Assembly (NCBI RefSeq): GCF_006345805.1
Contig: NC_043000.1
Coordinates: 103,416,001-103,480,000 of the forward strand
Source: Octopus sinensis
Lineage: Eukaryota
Reading direction: 5' to 3'
Length of the DNA: 64,000 nucleotides
Position numbers and translations under genes: made by a program. The notes under the pieces are model-generated. The model saw nothing but the letters and a program-made list of their open reading frames with translations, was not told the DNA's origin and made no database searches. Shown in pieces: positions 43,336 to 56,852 of the stretch (position 1 is the stretch's first letter; each line of letters opens with the position of its first letter).

Positions 43336-43340
<5 letters not shown>
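42890..43340 (-). mobile_element. R4/Dong-type non-LTR element 3' end (restriction-like endonuclease domain + 3' UTR)
   Basis: IKDREENTCRLIEVSVPTEKNISIKEFDKLSKYKDLEIEIQKMWNLKTKTVPVIVGTLG...GTAHILRKTL; flanked by (ATT)n on both sides. Confidence 0.85.
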
Positions 43341-43371
<31 letters not shown>

Positions 43372-43664
43372 GTTTGACTTTTGCCTTGTATTTGTACAAG
43401 TTGGCTCCAAGTCTCAACCAGAGACCTCGAGAGACAAGTCAGAAGTTCATGTTGGTGTTATACCTAGGGTGTCATATGTTTGGTTTTGCACACAGTATTG
43501 TTCTAGAGAATGTTTAAGAAAACAAGAAAGTTATGAGTTTGTTTTAGAATTTGAGATTACATAGTATTTTACGTAGGATATGGGCAGATTATTATTATTT
43601 ATTTTTAATCTGCATGTTTGTTAGAATCATTTGTCGAAACCCAGTGTCCTAAGGCGGAGCTGGC

Positions 43665-43872
43665 TAAGGCGGCGAGCTAGCAGAATCGTTAGCACGCCGG
43701 GCGAAATGCTTTCGTCTGCAACTACGTTCTGGGTTCAAATTCTGCCAAGGTCGACTTTGCCTTTCATCCTTTCAGGGTCGATAAAATATGTACCAGCTGA
43801 ATACTGAGGTCGAGGTAATCGACTTATCCCCTCCTTCCTCGAAATTGCTGGTCTTGTGCCAAAACTTGAAAC

Positions 43873-43875
<3 letters not shown>
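43665..43875 (+). mobile_element. SINE family B (alternative 3' end) ending in (ATT)n
   Basis: Family B head and core followed by ctcgaaattgctggtcttgtgccaaaacttgaaac. Confidence 0.85.
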
Positions 43876-43924
<49 letters not shown>

Positions 43925-45235
43925 TAGTCTTATTTTTATCACGTGCTTTCGCTGTACTACCGAACGCAGCTCTGTGTGTCTTGGGTATGTGGTGTGGTTT
44001 GTTGTGGTGCTCTTATTTTCACTGTATTGAAAGAGTTTTACGTAGGATGTGTGTGGTGCCTAGTAGTGCTATTTTCCGTATGCTATATATACTTGTAAGT
44101 CCTGGTGTTTTTGTCATCATACCTAATGTGCCTACTGTAATAGGAATTGCTTCTGTTTTTGGACTCCACATTCGAGGTACCTCTATTTCCAGATTTTTGT
44201 ATTTTGAAAGTTTCTCTGTTTTTTTGGTATTGATTAATCGATTAGAAAGCATTCTTCTTGATGATCTCTGACAATTACATCCCGCTAATTAGCCTTGATT
44301 TCTCTATGCGTATTGTCATATCCCAGAGTATGGTTGCTTTCTCATTTTCTGTGGCCTTTTAAATCTCTGCTTTGAGCCCTGAGCTTCTCAGCCATTGTCG
44401 GGATTTTGCTTTGTCTATTTATTTTCTGATTAGTTTAACCAAATATTTGCCATGTAGGGGCTTTTCTTGCAATCGTTTTATCATGATACGTTGCGGCTCC
44501 AGTTTTAGTTTGGATTTCAGTTGTTTTACAGCTTTTGTTGTTTCTTCGTAGTTGTTAGGTACAATGGCTTTTTTTTCGTATTTGCCAGCTTCATTAAAGA
44601 CAGAAAACAGTTTTTTACTTTGTTCGTGTTTTGTGGCTATTTGTATCAGTTTTCCTTGCTTCTTAAGTAGGTATTTCTGTAATCCTACGGTGGTTATTTT
44701 GCAATAGCTTTCTAGCTGTATAAGGCCACTACCACCTTCGATACGTTTTCTATATAACCTTTCTGTCAGATTTTGGATGATGAATCCTAAATCCCGTTAT
44801 TATTTTTCTTATTTTCCAGTCTATTTTGATTATTTTTTAGAGTCCAGTTAAGAATATTGTAGCTGTAACTTAAAACTGGGATACCTACTATCTTGTTTTT
44901 CACATTGAACTCTGTTTTCAGTATTAATCTAACTCATCTATAGTATTCCTTTCTTACCTTCTCTTTCATTTGTGTGTGTTGTATCGTATCTAGTTCATTG
45001 ATTCCTTAGTATTTAACTTAGTGTTCTAGCTTTGGTCTAATTTTCTTATTTCATTTGCTTTATCTAGCGTGATATTGTTACTCTTAACTAGTTTTCCTCC
45101 TTTCAAGATAACTTTGGCACATTTTTCTTAGTCAAATTTCATGTTTATTTCTTTGGTAAATCCAGTATTGCCTGTAGTAATGTATCCAGCTGTTTATCAT
45201 TTGTTCTATTGTTTTAAATCATTCATATACAAGTG
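43925..45235 (-). mobile_element. Second R4/Dong-type non-LTR fragment (RT C-terminus + RLE), decayed
   Basis: RLYRKRIEGGSGLIQLE, KPLHGKY, QWLRSSGLKAE, ATILWDM and KLSKYKNLEIEVPRMW..PITVGTLG motifs; bounded by (ATT)n at 43875-43920 and 45236-45258. Confidence 0.8.
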
Positions 45236-45539
45236 TTATTATTATTATTATTATTATGTAAAATAGTTTGATTCGTCCCCATACAACTTAAAGTTTCGCA
45301 AGCTCCATAGAGAAACCTAGTTTGTCGGGCTCGGGTATGAATAAACATCTGAAGAGAAATGCACTACGCATCAGATAAGCATACAGTAGTAGCTTAATGG
45401 AGTACGTACTCACCGCAGAAGATGACGACTGTTTTGTAATGGAATGTGGGGTAATGGTAATTACTGAGAGAAAGAGGGGGACTAACTTCTGACTTACATG
45501 TCATCATTATCAGTATCTATTTTCAGAGATGAAAAAACG

Positions 45540-46130
45540 TATCCAAATTTGTTTGACATTTACGGCACATCATCTCTTTGTAAAGATCATTGTTGGAGAT
45601 AAGTTCATTATAGTTTCTTGTAATTTTTACGTTGCGTCCACGTAAAGGATCGTTACCAGCAATGATTTGCATACCTTCTACATGCGTCGAATCTTCAGCA
45701 ATATTATGCTATGAACTGAACTGAGCGGGGTGGAGCTTCTGTATATTATTTTTGTCCAGACGTTCGCTCTTATTCTAAGTGTATCAACTCTTCATTAAAT
45801 GAGCTTTCTCAACAGTTTGTAACAACTCAACTACATCATCTCTCACCTTTTCAAATCCCTCATTCTTTGTTTTTTGCAATATCTTGTTGAACTTGATGTA
45901 TAATTTATGCTGGTGGGAAACCTATAAAGTCCTGGTTACATTCAGGCTTTGTTTTCGAAAACACCATTCATGTTGAAGATTTCACCTCATTTCATGACTC
46001 GACTATGTCAGCAACAGTACCCTGGATGTTGAACTTTTGATATTTTTGCTTTAATGAGTTGCTTCCAAGTATTTCTCTGGTAATGTCTTGTAGTTAGCGA
46101 TCACACTTTAGTTGACTGGCTGTGATAGAA
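45540..46130 (-). mobile_element. Tigger/pogo-like DNA transposase C-terminal remnant
   Basis: Minus-strand pieces QPVN*SVIANYK, ES*NEVKSSTMNGVF, DFIGF and NEGFEKVRDDVVELL resemble the Tigger DDE C-terminus (QPMDQGVI..FK; AW.EV...MN..W; GF...DVEELL). Many disablements. Confidence 0.55.
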
Positions 46131-47162
46131 ACAGAAAAAATAAATTGAATTAGAAGGGAGTAACGGGATAAGAAAATATATCACGAGTATGTCCACATTG
46201 AAAATACAAGAATTAAGGTGAGGGCTCAAGAACACGAGTTAGCAAAAACCGTTAAATGAGTCCAATCCGCTTCTTGACGAAACAGAATGAAAAAATCCTA
46301 TTGGTTCCAAAGCAAAAATGTGAGGCTTATTAGCGTCACACTGTACTAGACAGTTTGGCAGAAGCAGTGGATCAACGACGCTGAACATCAATGCGACCTC
46401 AACGGTCTGACGCAACTCTACTTGACGGCTGTTCATTGTATATCAATATTTTTACCTATATGGAGGCATGGACCGAACACGATTCTAGCACTTTAATCGG
46501 AGTGCCTATCGATCGGCGATGCCAACACTAACTAGCGCTAAGTCGCCTATTTATGTGCCGAGCTGAAAACTCATCAAACTATCCTTATTAATTTGTATCC
46601 CTGTTATCATCAGGGATATAAATGTAATCAAATAATTCCAGCTGTGACCGTGTCACGTTTTCCTATGATCAAGAAACCTAGGACCTCATAGTTCAATGTT
46701 GCCTTTTTAAAAAAAGTATGATATGATTCGTGGGAGATTTGATTGTTATTTATAGCAGAGCGAGCGTCCACTTAGCGGCGCTGTCGTTGGCCCATTACTG
46801 AAGTTAGAGTGGCTAATATGGCCTGAATTAATGGTCCTACACTCTGCATGTGTAGGTAAGAGACTATAGCAAATATACGACACTTGCTTTTAATAGTCAG
46901 GGCATGCCATAGTGTGTAGGTCACAACGTCCACACCATTTGGAGACGTTTTTCATATGATTTAGGCTTATAATGTTAAATTTTGTTCATGTTTTGCGCGT
47001 TTATTTAGTTTTGTTTATGTGCTTTGTTTTTCTCACACAATCTTCTGTAAAATATCCACTGATTATTGTAATATGCCTTCTTCGTGTAACCTCAACCGTC
47101 GTACATGTGGCAAATAAAGAAATTATCATCATCATCATCATCATCATCAGTAATGATGATGA

Positions 47163-47198
<36 letters not shown>

Positions 47199-48534
47199 CA
47201 GCAGCAGCAGCAGCAGTAATAATAGTAGTAGTGATGATGATGATGATGATAATAATTTTTGTTGTTGTTCGTACTGTTTTGTTACTTTTAAATCAAGCGT
47301 TTATGCATTTATCAATCATGTTCTTTTTTGACTTTTTGTGTCACTGAACATAGGTGACAAAAAACCGACAAAGTGTGATAGCATCACATTTAATCAATCA
47401 AAGAGCAGGCAAGCGAATTGTTGTAATTATATATAATTTCTTAAACACAAGATGAATGTCAAGTGAATGTTGGAAATGATTAGACAAACAAACAAACAAA
47501 CAAACAACAAACAAACAAACAAAGCCACGAACACAATTCTCGAATAAGAAGAATATATGAAGTTATAAGTAAAATAGATATGGCCCAATGGCGGGAAAAA
47601 AACAGAAAATAAATCAAGATGTGGCCAGGTGGAGGAATAGGAATGAGTATATTACAAGATTGAAATTAGATACGCGCGCGCGCTTGTATGTGAGTAAGTG
47701 CGCGCTTTATATGAATGTATGTAGCCATATGTAGACATATGGTGTATACACACATGTGATATATAATACACACATGCACATATATACATTGCAAACATAC
47801 ACACATACATATAAACATAGCTATATACATATAGATATAGATACACACACACACACATATATACTCTATAGCGTGTTTCAGTCATTTGACTGCGGCAATG
47901 CTGGAGCACCGCCATATATATATATGACACTTCATGCACTGAGTACATATTTTTCAAGCAATGAACAATTTTCATCAAACCAATGCCATAATTTATCGAC
48001 TTGGAACTTATTGCAAAGCTGAATGATAAACAACAGTACCACCACCATCGCCACCACATCCACCATACAATACCATTCAGACTTCTGACGCCACCACAAC
48101 CAATACCTTAGACTTTGCCGCCTACCTCTCCACAACCATCACCACTGTCTTTCATATCGCTTACTCTCACCGTTACCCCTGACTGCCTCGGTTACCACCA
48201 CAACCATTATCATCACCGCCGCCGACGTCTCTATCACAACTACAGCTCATATTATTATTATCACCCCATTAACACCACAAAAAGGGTAAATATGTGTGTT
48301 CGTTCAGTATGTTAGTTCAGCATGTTAGTTCAGTGTTCAGTCCCACTTTCTCTCACATACCCACTCTTTCTCTCTCTCCCACTGTCACCATCAACACTAT
48401 TACTTTTAATAAAAATATCAATTCTCCCTAAGTTTCTTTCTCTCTCTCTCTTCGCTACCTCCCTCACCGTCTCTATGTCTACGATTATTCTCATGTCAAG
48501 AACGAAGCAAAATGTAGTGAACATAGCTACATAG

Positions 48535-48690
<156 letters not shown>

Positions 48691-49093
48691 TGCTGAGAAG
48701 AAGAAATGGAGAATTTGACGTTTCGTACAGTAGTCCTTCAACACCCAAGAAAGATTTTTTTTAAAGAAGGGAAAGAGGGAAAATAATAATTGTGGTTAAT
48801 GTCTCACAAGTTGGAAAGGAAATTTTATTTCTTTCTTCTGATTTTCTAATTTATGTCATTTCTTTCTTTCCATCTCCTTCTCTATTTTACTTTTCATTTC
48901 ACATGCAAAAAGGAGTCTAAAGAAACTTTTGACAGTTTGCATTGGCAAAAATGATAAAATGGAGTTACTGGATCTTGATAAGCTCGTAAGTCGTGAAGAG
49001 AAGAGTTTCTTGTTTTAGGGATTGTCTCTTTGCCTGGAAAAGAAAATCTTTCTCAGATGAAGAAAAAGAAATCTCCATCCATCCATCTATCTA

Positions 49094-49130
<37 letters not shown>

Positions 49131-49455
49131 GTCTATCTATCTATCAGTCTATATGTCTGTCTGTCTATCTATCTATCTGTCTATCTGTCTGTCTATCTGT
49201 CTATCTATCTATCTAAAAAGAACAGTCATAAAATTTCACATCTCTATTCTCGCTAATTTATCCAAACTTAACACCACTACCACAACAACTACTACCACCA
49301 CAATAATGGTGTTGTTTGTGATTATGATGATGGTGGTGGTAAGTGTTTCTTTCTCTGGCTTCTTCTCTCACTCTCTTTTACATTTTCTTTCCCTTTCTCT
49401 CATTCATTTTTTCGCTGTCCTTATTTCTTTCTCCCTCTTTCTCTTTCTTTTCTCT

Positions 49456-49497
<42 letters not shown>

Positions 49498-49959
49498 GCT
49501 GTCTTTCAATAACTTCTCTTTGTCATTCTTTACCATGGCTTTAAACATTTTATGTTGAAATGTTTAGTGGTGTTTCTCTCACACTTTCTCCCCTCTCTCT
49601 CTCTCTCTCTCTCTCTCTACCTATCTTTCTAACGCTCATTCTTTCACTATCCCCTCTCTCATTATCCATGTCACACTGGCTCTTTTCTTTCTGTGTACTA
49701 CAATATTCTAATTCATGCTAATTTTTAACCCCACTGTCATCATCACGCTACCACCACTACCACCACCACCATTACCTTTACCACCATCGCCATCCCTACC
49801 ATCACTAGTACCACCATCAACACAACCACCACCACCATCACCACCACCACCATCACCACTACCTTTAAGCTCCATCACTACCGTCTCCTTAATCACTGCA
49901 GAACCCATCACCATAACTACCACCACCACCACCATTACCTCTACTATCATTTACACCAC

Positions 49960-49996
<37 letters not shown>

Positions 49997-51191
49997 AACG
50001 GTATCAATCTAGAAATTTCTGATCAGTTAAAAAATGATAAACGAACCTTATTTTGGCGGGAGCAAATGACAATAACACAAGCAACAACGGCAATAAAGAT
50101 GATGATGATGGCGAGGAGGAGGAGGAGGAGACTCATAATAATGCTTGTGGTGGTAGTGGTGGTGCTGGTGATACTGGTGCTGATGGTGTTAGTAGTGGTG
50201 GTAGTGTTGTTGTTGTTGTTGTTGTTGGTGGTGGTGGTTAAGATGGTGTTGTTGATAGTTTTCACATGATAATATATATTTGATGCGAATCGAAATCATT
50301 TTCAGATATTTATATATTTAATTTATCTCAGTTAATAAGGAGAAAAAAAATTAATGATAAATATTAGAAAATATTGATTAGTGTAGTGCGTTTTTTTTCC
50401 TTTTCCTAATTATCACCATCGTCAATATCATCATCATCATCGTTGCTATCACCATCATCACCACAAACCATGATCATCATCACCGTCATTACCATGATCT
50501 TGATCCACCCCACCACCATTGCCATGAATCATCATCATAATCATCATTATTTTTACATTTACTTCAGTTGTTATTGCTTTGTTGTTGTCTGTTTTCAAAA
50601 TGTGAAAATAAATTATTTAAAACATTTTTCTTGAATTATTAGTGATATTGCAACAGTTTTTTTTTTTATGGGCGGGGTCTTTTCCTTTTCTGAGGTGGTG
50701 GTAGAATCGAGTGCATTCAACGAATTATAAAATTATTAGAATATTTCAAAAAAACTTGTCAGTAATATCTTGATTTCTGAAATTTGGTTTGTAACATATA
50801 TTTATCAGTTAAACCACACAGACACGCTCACACATTCCCATATTTATGACGCACATACACCCACACGCGTGTGCCTGCTTACGCATGCACGAATCCAAGT
50901 TAAGTTTATAATTTGTTATCTTTCGCTTGTTTCAGTCACTGGACTGCAGCCATGCTAGGGCACCACCTTGAAGGGTTTTAGTCTAGAGAATAGACCCCGG
51001 TAATTTTTTTAAAGCTAGGTACTTATTCTCTCGATGTTTTATGCCGAACCGATAAGTTACGGGGCCATAAAGAAACCAACACCGGTTGTCAAGCGGTGGT
51101 TGAGGACAAACACAAGCACAGGTACACACACACGTAACTACTCATGTGCTGTAGACGATTTCTTTTACTTCTTTCGACTTTTCCCTTTCTC

Positions 51192-51225
51192 CTTTCCGAC
51201 AAAGAACTAAGTTCGAAATGTCAAA
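51192..51225 (+). ncRNA. Decayed minimal hammerhead (tandem partner of 51363-51398)
   Basis: CUUU-CCGACAA-A-GAAC(UAA)GUUC-GAAA-UG-UC-AAA. Core mutated at two positions; stem II shows a compensatory change. Confidence 0.55.
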
Positions 51226-51362
51226 CTAGTACATTCCTTGTGCACGCCCTATTGTTGCCTGGTTTGTTAATTTTATTGTTCATTTATTTGAATTGACTAC
51301 ATATATATAACCACACACGTGCTATTGTTGATATTTTTCCTTCTCTGGGCTTTTCTGTTTTC

Positions 51363-51398
51363 CTTTCTGACGAAGAGCTATGCTCGAAATGTCAAAAA
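51363..51398 (+). ncRNA. Minimal type I hammerhead ribozyme
   Basis: CUUU-CUGACGA-A-GAGC(UAU)GCUC-GAAA-UG-UC|AAA. Canonical core and minimal stem III, as in PLE-type minimal HHRs. Confidence 0.75.
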
Positions 51399-52084
51399 CC
51401 GTCTCTTTTTTCCATCTTTACCGAGCGTCAAACTAATACATTACATGTGCACTTGCTTTCATGTCCTCTTGCTTTTAATGTTCGATTACTCGATTTGACC
51501 ATATATATATATATATATATATCATTGTTGTCCCTTTCTTTCTCTCTCTCTTTGATTCCTTGCCCCTACCTTTTTTTCTCTTTCTTCTTTCTTCCTCTCA
51601 CGTGACTGCTGTTCAACTGGTCTTTTCGCCTTTGACCGCTGCCATGTTAACACTGTTGTCTTCGTCTGCCGCAAAGGCATTTTTTCAAAATACGCCAGCC
51701 AAGATAAGTTAAATTGTCTGAAGTCGTAAGACTCCCGCTGTCCTGTTATTACTATTCTTGTTTTTTATTTTTATTTTTTATTTTCTTGTATTTATATTCG
51801 TGTGGCATCGTCCGGTTTTCTGTCCTTGTTTCGTATACATTCGATCCTTTTTCCAAGAAATCTAATGCTCGGAGCTTAGTTTTTCCTTGGGGCTGGCCGG
51901 ATCGGAGCGATATCAGGATTAATCAGCCGAAATTGCTAAGATGATCCGGTTCCTGACTGAAGATTAGAGGCTTCGAATGACCTGTCTGTTTTTTTTTTGT
52001 GTCGTCTCTTTGTGTGGTTTGCGTTCTTGTCCCCTTTTGTAAATTTTATATATAATTTTTATACATATATATATATATATATAT

Positions 52085-52265
52085 ATAGGGAGAGTTTACG
52101 AAAAATAACAAAAGACGAAGACAGGTGGTGTACAAAACAAGCAGATGTATTAGTATAATGCTCAGGAATAGAAAAAGTATTTTACGTTTCGAGCCTACGC
52201 TCTTCTACAGAAAAGGACACAGAAAAAAACAAGGAGAGAAATAAGGAGAGAAAAAAATGTTTGTA
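52085..52265 (-). mobile_element. ~190-bp HHR-bearing dispersed element
   Basis: Reverse complement aligns to 58746-58930; ends in (TA)n at 52066-52086. Confidence 0.75.
52180..52214 (-). ncRNA. Minimal hammerhead with variant core CUGUAGA
   Basis: Minus strand reads UUU-CUGUAGA-A-GAGC(GUAG)GCUC-GAAA-CG-UA|AAA; same family as 58793-58830. Confidence 0.65.
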
Positions 52266-53367
52266 GTGGCTATGATTGATGAAAGAAACGGAATACACTG
52301 ACATTACCCATTATTCCAAAAAATTACACATATAATTATATATGTATTTATATGTGTGCGTGTGTGCGTATACACGACGGGCTTTTTCAGTTTCCGTCTA
52401 CCAGATCTACTGACAACGCTCTGGTCAGCTCGGGGCTATAGCAGAAGACACTTACCCAAGGCGCCACTCAGTGATATTGAACCAGTAACTATGCATTTAG
52501 GAAGCATATTATTTACCACTTCAGTTGTTCTGGAGATTAGATTCCTACTCGTAAATTGTTTTCTGCCTTCTGTGGTATTTAGAACCCCTTAATAACTTTT
52601 GAACATAACCTATTTATATCTGAGGTAGCAGCTGCCTAATTTCCTGGTCAAATTCATTTTAAGACTTCAAAGCAGTTGCTTCTTATGTCTGAAATATACT
52701 AAGAATACTGCTAGAAAAGATACCGCTTGAAAGATGGCGCAAACGGGGACAGTACTTTAGAAGAGATGGCAATTTTACATTCTCCATTAGCACACACAAC
52801 ACACACACACACACACACACACCACACACACAAATATCATCATTGTCATTATTTTAGCGTCTTCTTTTCCATAAGTGGTAGAAAAATTTCTACGCACAGA
52901 CGGATGCCCTTTCTGTCGCCAAACCCCATTTGTTTCCAAGCGAGGTAAAAAAAAAAAACTCCCTGTTTACTGAGCAACAAACAACATGAATACGCTTTCC
53001 AGGTGGGCTGCGAGCAAATGACACCACTAGTAAGCTACTGCTCACACACCAGCGAATGTGATGGAAATACGAAATCGCTCACACAACTACACACATACTC
53101 ACACAAATGTACCCACGTACACACACGCACACTCACACACATACACACATTTATATGACGTGCTTCTTTCAGTTTCCGTCTCTCAAATTTGCTCACAAGG
53201 CTAAGATGGAAGACGCTTACCCGAACAATATTTCTAGGAAGAGAGCTTCTTACCACAGAGCTATACCTGTGCCTACATATACATACATACATACATACAT
53301 ACATACATACATACATAATACATACATACATACATACATACATACATACATACATACATACATAAAT

Positions 53368-53915
53368 ACTTGCAATTATTGGGGCACATTGCCTAAATAC
53401 CAATCTTGAGAAACTAGGCTTCTCAAAACTAGAAAGGAGGAAGCTGATTCGAAGACTACAGATCCAAGCCATCACTGGAACTGTAAAAATCTGAAAAAAT
53501 TTTCAAGTTTATCATTTAAGTATATATGATCATGTCTAGGTGTGCAGGTATATGCATAAGACATACATAAAATAAACCATACAAATCTGAACGTATACAA
53601 ATCAGCTACCGTCTGGATACCAACGTGGTCAGATAAATACAGGCGAACATATATGGCCCACTGATAGAGTTTGCAAATCTAGTACTCAGCTTCATACCTC
53701 AGTAACAACATACATACAAATCCGCCTGGACTTGAGAGCTTGGGAAGAAATGCAACTCCTGAATTCATACTCTACCATTGATCACGATATCTGGGACAAT
53801 AGAAGTCTGCAAGGCATTCTTAAGATTTAAATGATGAACAAAAGATGCTTTTCTTCACAAATTTGCAACCAAGCAGATGGCCGGTCAAAATTAACTCTAA
53901 ATTTAAAAGAGAAAT
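53368..53915 (+). mobile_element. Two RLE-type non-LTR 3' fragments of the same family as 23600-24135
   Basis: IIGAHCLNTNLEKLGFSKLERRKLIRRLQIQAITGTVKI (53368-53512); LDTNVV..NIYGPL..; TISGTIEVCKAFLRF. Confidence 0.5.
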
Positions 53916-54647
53916 GTATACATACTTAACTGACCGGTCTTGCTGATGTGAATATCTCTTCAAAAATCAGAGACTTTCAGCTTCTATATCAGATTATAGA
54001 TTCTCACTTGTACCAATAACCGTCGCAATTAATAATTGTTGTCGTAAATGCTAAAGTAACAATCTGAAAAGGCTAGGGTTTTCACAAAACCCGAGCTAAC
54101 ATACACAAACAGCTAACATACACATTACAAGTACAATCTGTAAGCGGAACAATAAAAATATGTAAGATTTTTCTCAAGTTCAAAATGTGGTATTGTTTTT
54201 GTTACCTACATCGCAACGAATGCGTATTGTACCTTGGTTAGAAAACAGCTCCTTCTCTACAAGAAATCTTCAAATAATTTTTAAAAAAGGAAGAGAACAT
54301 ACATTCACACACGAAGAATTCGACCCCAGGACTTATTCTTTGTATCCCTGACACTTATTCTATGGGGGTTTTGGCCGAAACGCTAAGTTGAAGGGACGTA
54401 AGCTCACCGACATCACTTGTCAAACACAGATACAGGTCGGCCCGACACTAGCTCAAGTTTCCACGTAATGGGATTGAACCCGGAACCATATGATTGGAAA
54501 GCAAGCTTCTTACCACACACCTACGCTTGCGCCTATGTATATATAATATGTGCTGTGTGGAAGCTATTTGTTGTGATCTCTTTCGGTCACACTAATTTTG
54601 AGTACAATAACCGATTGCTGACATTATTGGTGATCGTATCGGCTTCC

Positions 54648-54682
<35 letters not shown>

Positions 54683-54766
54683 TGTGTGTGTACGAGCGTG
54701 TCTGTGTGAATGCCTGTGTATGTGTGTGAATGTGTGCGTGTGTATGAATGTGTTTATGTGTGTGTG

Positions 54767-54806
<40 letters not shown>

Positions 54807-54883
54807 GTATGAGCGTGTCTGTGTGAATGCCTGTGTCCGTGTGTTTATGTGCGCGTGTGTATGAATGTGTTTATGTGTGTGTG

Positions 54884-54951
<68 letters not shown>

Positions 54952-55801
54952 TACATTTATTTGTTTGTTTCAAATTTATAGAAATTTTCTTGTCTATATT
55001 TTCTTTTGGGCAGAATAAAGCACGCTTCTTCTGCATACGTCTGCGCGACTGTGTGTGTGTGTGTGTGTGTGTGTGTATACGTATGAGTAATAAGTAATAT
55101 GAGGTGGTATGCGTATGTATCTATATGTGCAAAGTGTAGTGTAGATGAGAAAGAGAGAGGTGAGAGAGAGGGAAAGTGAATGTCTGTGTGTCTACTATTC
55201 TTCTTTCCATTTTTTTTTTCATGTTATAACTATAATTATTTTTTATTATCAAAGCTCACCGTTATATGATATGTATCATTTAATCTGTTCCATGCGTCAT
55301 GCGATCTTTCTGTTGCATTCTTTTTACTGCATTATTATTATTATTATCATCATTATATAGTTGACGCAATTTTTTGTTGTTGCTAACTAAAACTTTTTTG
55401 TAGTTTACTCCAGTCCTATACTATTGTAGTACAATGAATTTTTTTTTAACAGTAAAGGTTAATTTATGTGTATGAAATACATTTATTTGAACGCCAACTA
55501 AATGATATTATATCCTGTTTACTTATTTTCGTGACATCAGAAATTATTCTGCCCCCACCTACACGGGACCTCAAATGTTTCTTTTGTAATATGGACTTTA
55601 CACAAGCGTGAGCGCACACGTACACACACACACACACACACACATTCACTCCCAGAAACTCACGTGCGCACGCACATACATGCGCGCGCACATTCAGACA
55701 CATTCCAAAAGTGAAACTGAAAGTAGGGTAAAGATTTGTTAGTATATTTTGATATAATCGTTTGATATAATCTATATCTACACACACATCTCTCATTCTA
55801 T

Positions 55802-55876
<75 letters not shown>

Positions 55877-56230
55877 GAGAGAGGGAGAGAGAGAGAGAAA
55901 GCTATAAATGTATGTATAATTTAAGACACGTGTACACACAAACACAATCACTCACAACGACATGAATATGGGTGCTTGCATGTGTACACTATTATACCTT
56001 CGAATTCATTATACATACATACATACATACACACACACATACATACATACACACATACATACATACATACGTACATACATACACACATACATACATACAT
56101 GCATACATACACACACACACATACATACATACATACACACACACAACACACGTACATACACACACACCACACACACACGTACATACACACAACACACACA
56201 ACACGTACATACACACACACACACATACAT

Positions 56231-56283
<53 letters not shown>

Positions 56284-56809
56284 TACATACATACATACAT
56301 AGCTGTTTTATCGTGCCCGAGCAAAGCCATTGCTTAAAAGAGTCATTGAAGTGAGCCATTAATGATGCAATATGAGGCCCTTGCGTCAGCCAAATATTTT
56401 CACATTCTATTGCATAATGTACAGATGTGCTGGCTGGCAGAGGGAGCAGGTGCCACAGTATGATGTCTTTTCATATGCCCTTTCAATCCTCCAACTGAAG
56501 AGCACCTCTTCCCACAGTTGCACATGTCGTATGGGGAACAACAACCCTATCACAAATTACAAGGGGTTAATTCCTGCGAGTTCTCTGACGTCTGACCAAC
56601 CCTGCATGACTTATACATATACATATATATGCATATATATATATAAGTATATATACACATGGATATATACATACATATAAATACACATGTATATAAATAT
56701 AAACACACATCTACATATATATATATATATATATACGTATATGTACTTACATACATATGTATAGATAAATATATATATACACATGTGTATATATATATAT
56801 TAATATATC

Positions 56810-56843
<34 letters not shown>

Positions 56844-56852
<9 letters not shown>

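Larger units (their letters stand above)
51155..51520 (+). mobile_element. Head-to-tail dimer of the ~190-bp HHR element family (older subfamily)
   Basis: Two HHR cores 171 nt apart. Shared gtcaaacta.tacatt...tgtgcac motif; gagcgtcaaactaataca is homologous to gagcgccatactaataca of 58746-58930. Each unit ends in (TA)n. Confidence 0.65.

Noticed and set aside
46239-46436. 65-aa non-repetitive minus-strand ORF
   Set aside because: No recognisable motif or splice signals; the length is within chance expectation.
54690-54910. ~115-bp duplication within a (TG)n tract
   Set aside because: Ordinary slippage or unequal exchange in low-complexity DNA; the same applies to the AT duplications near 59930-60120 and 63780-63965.
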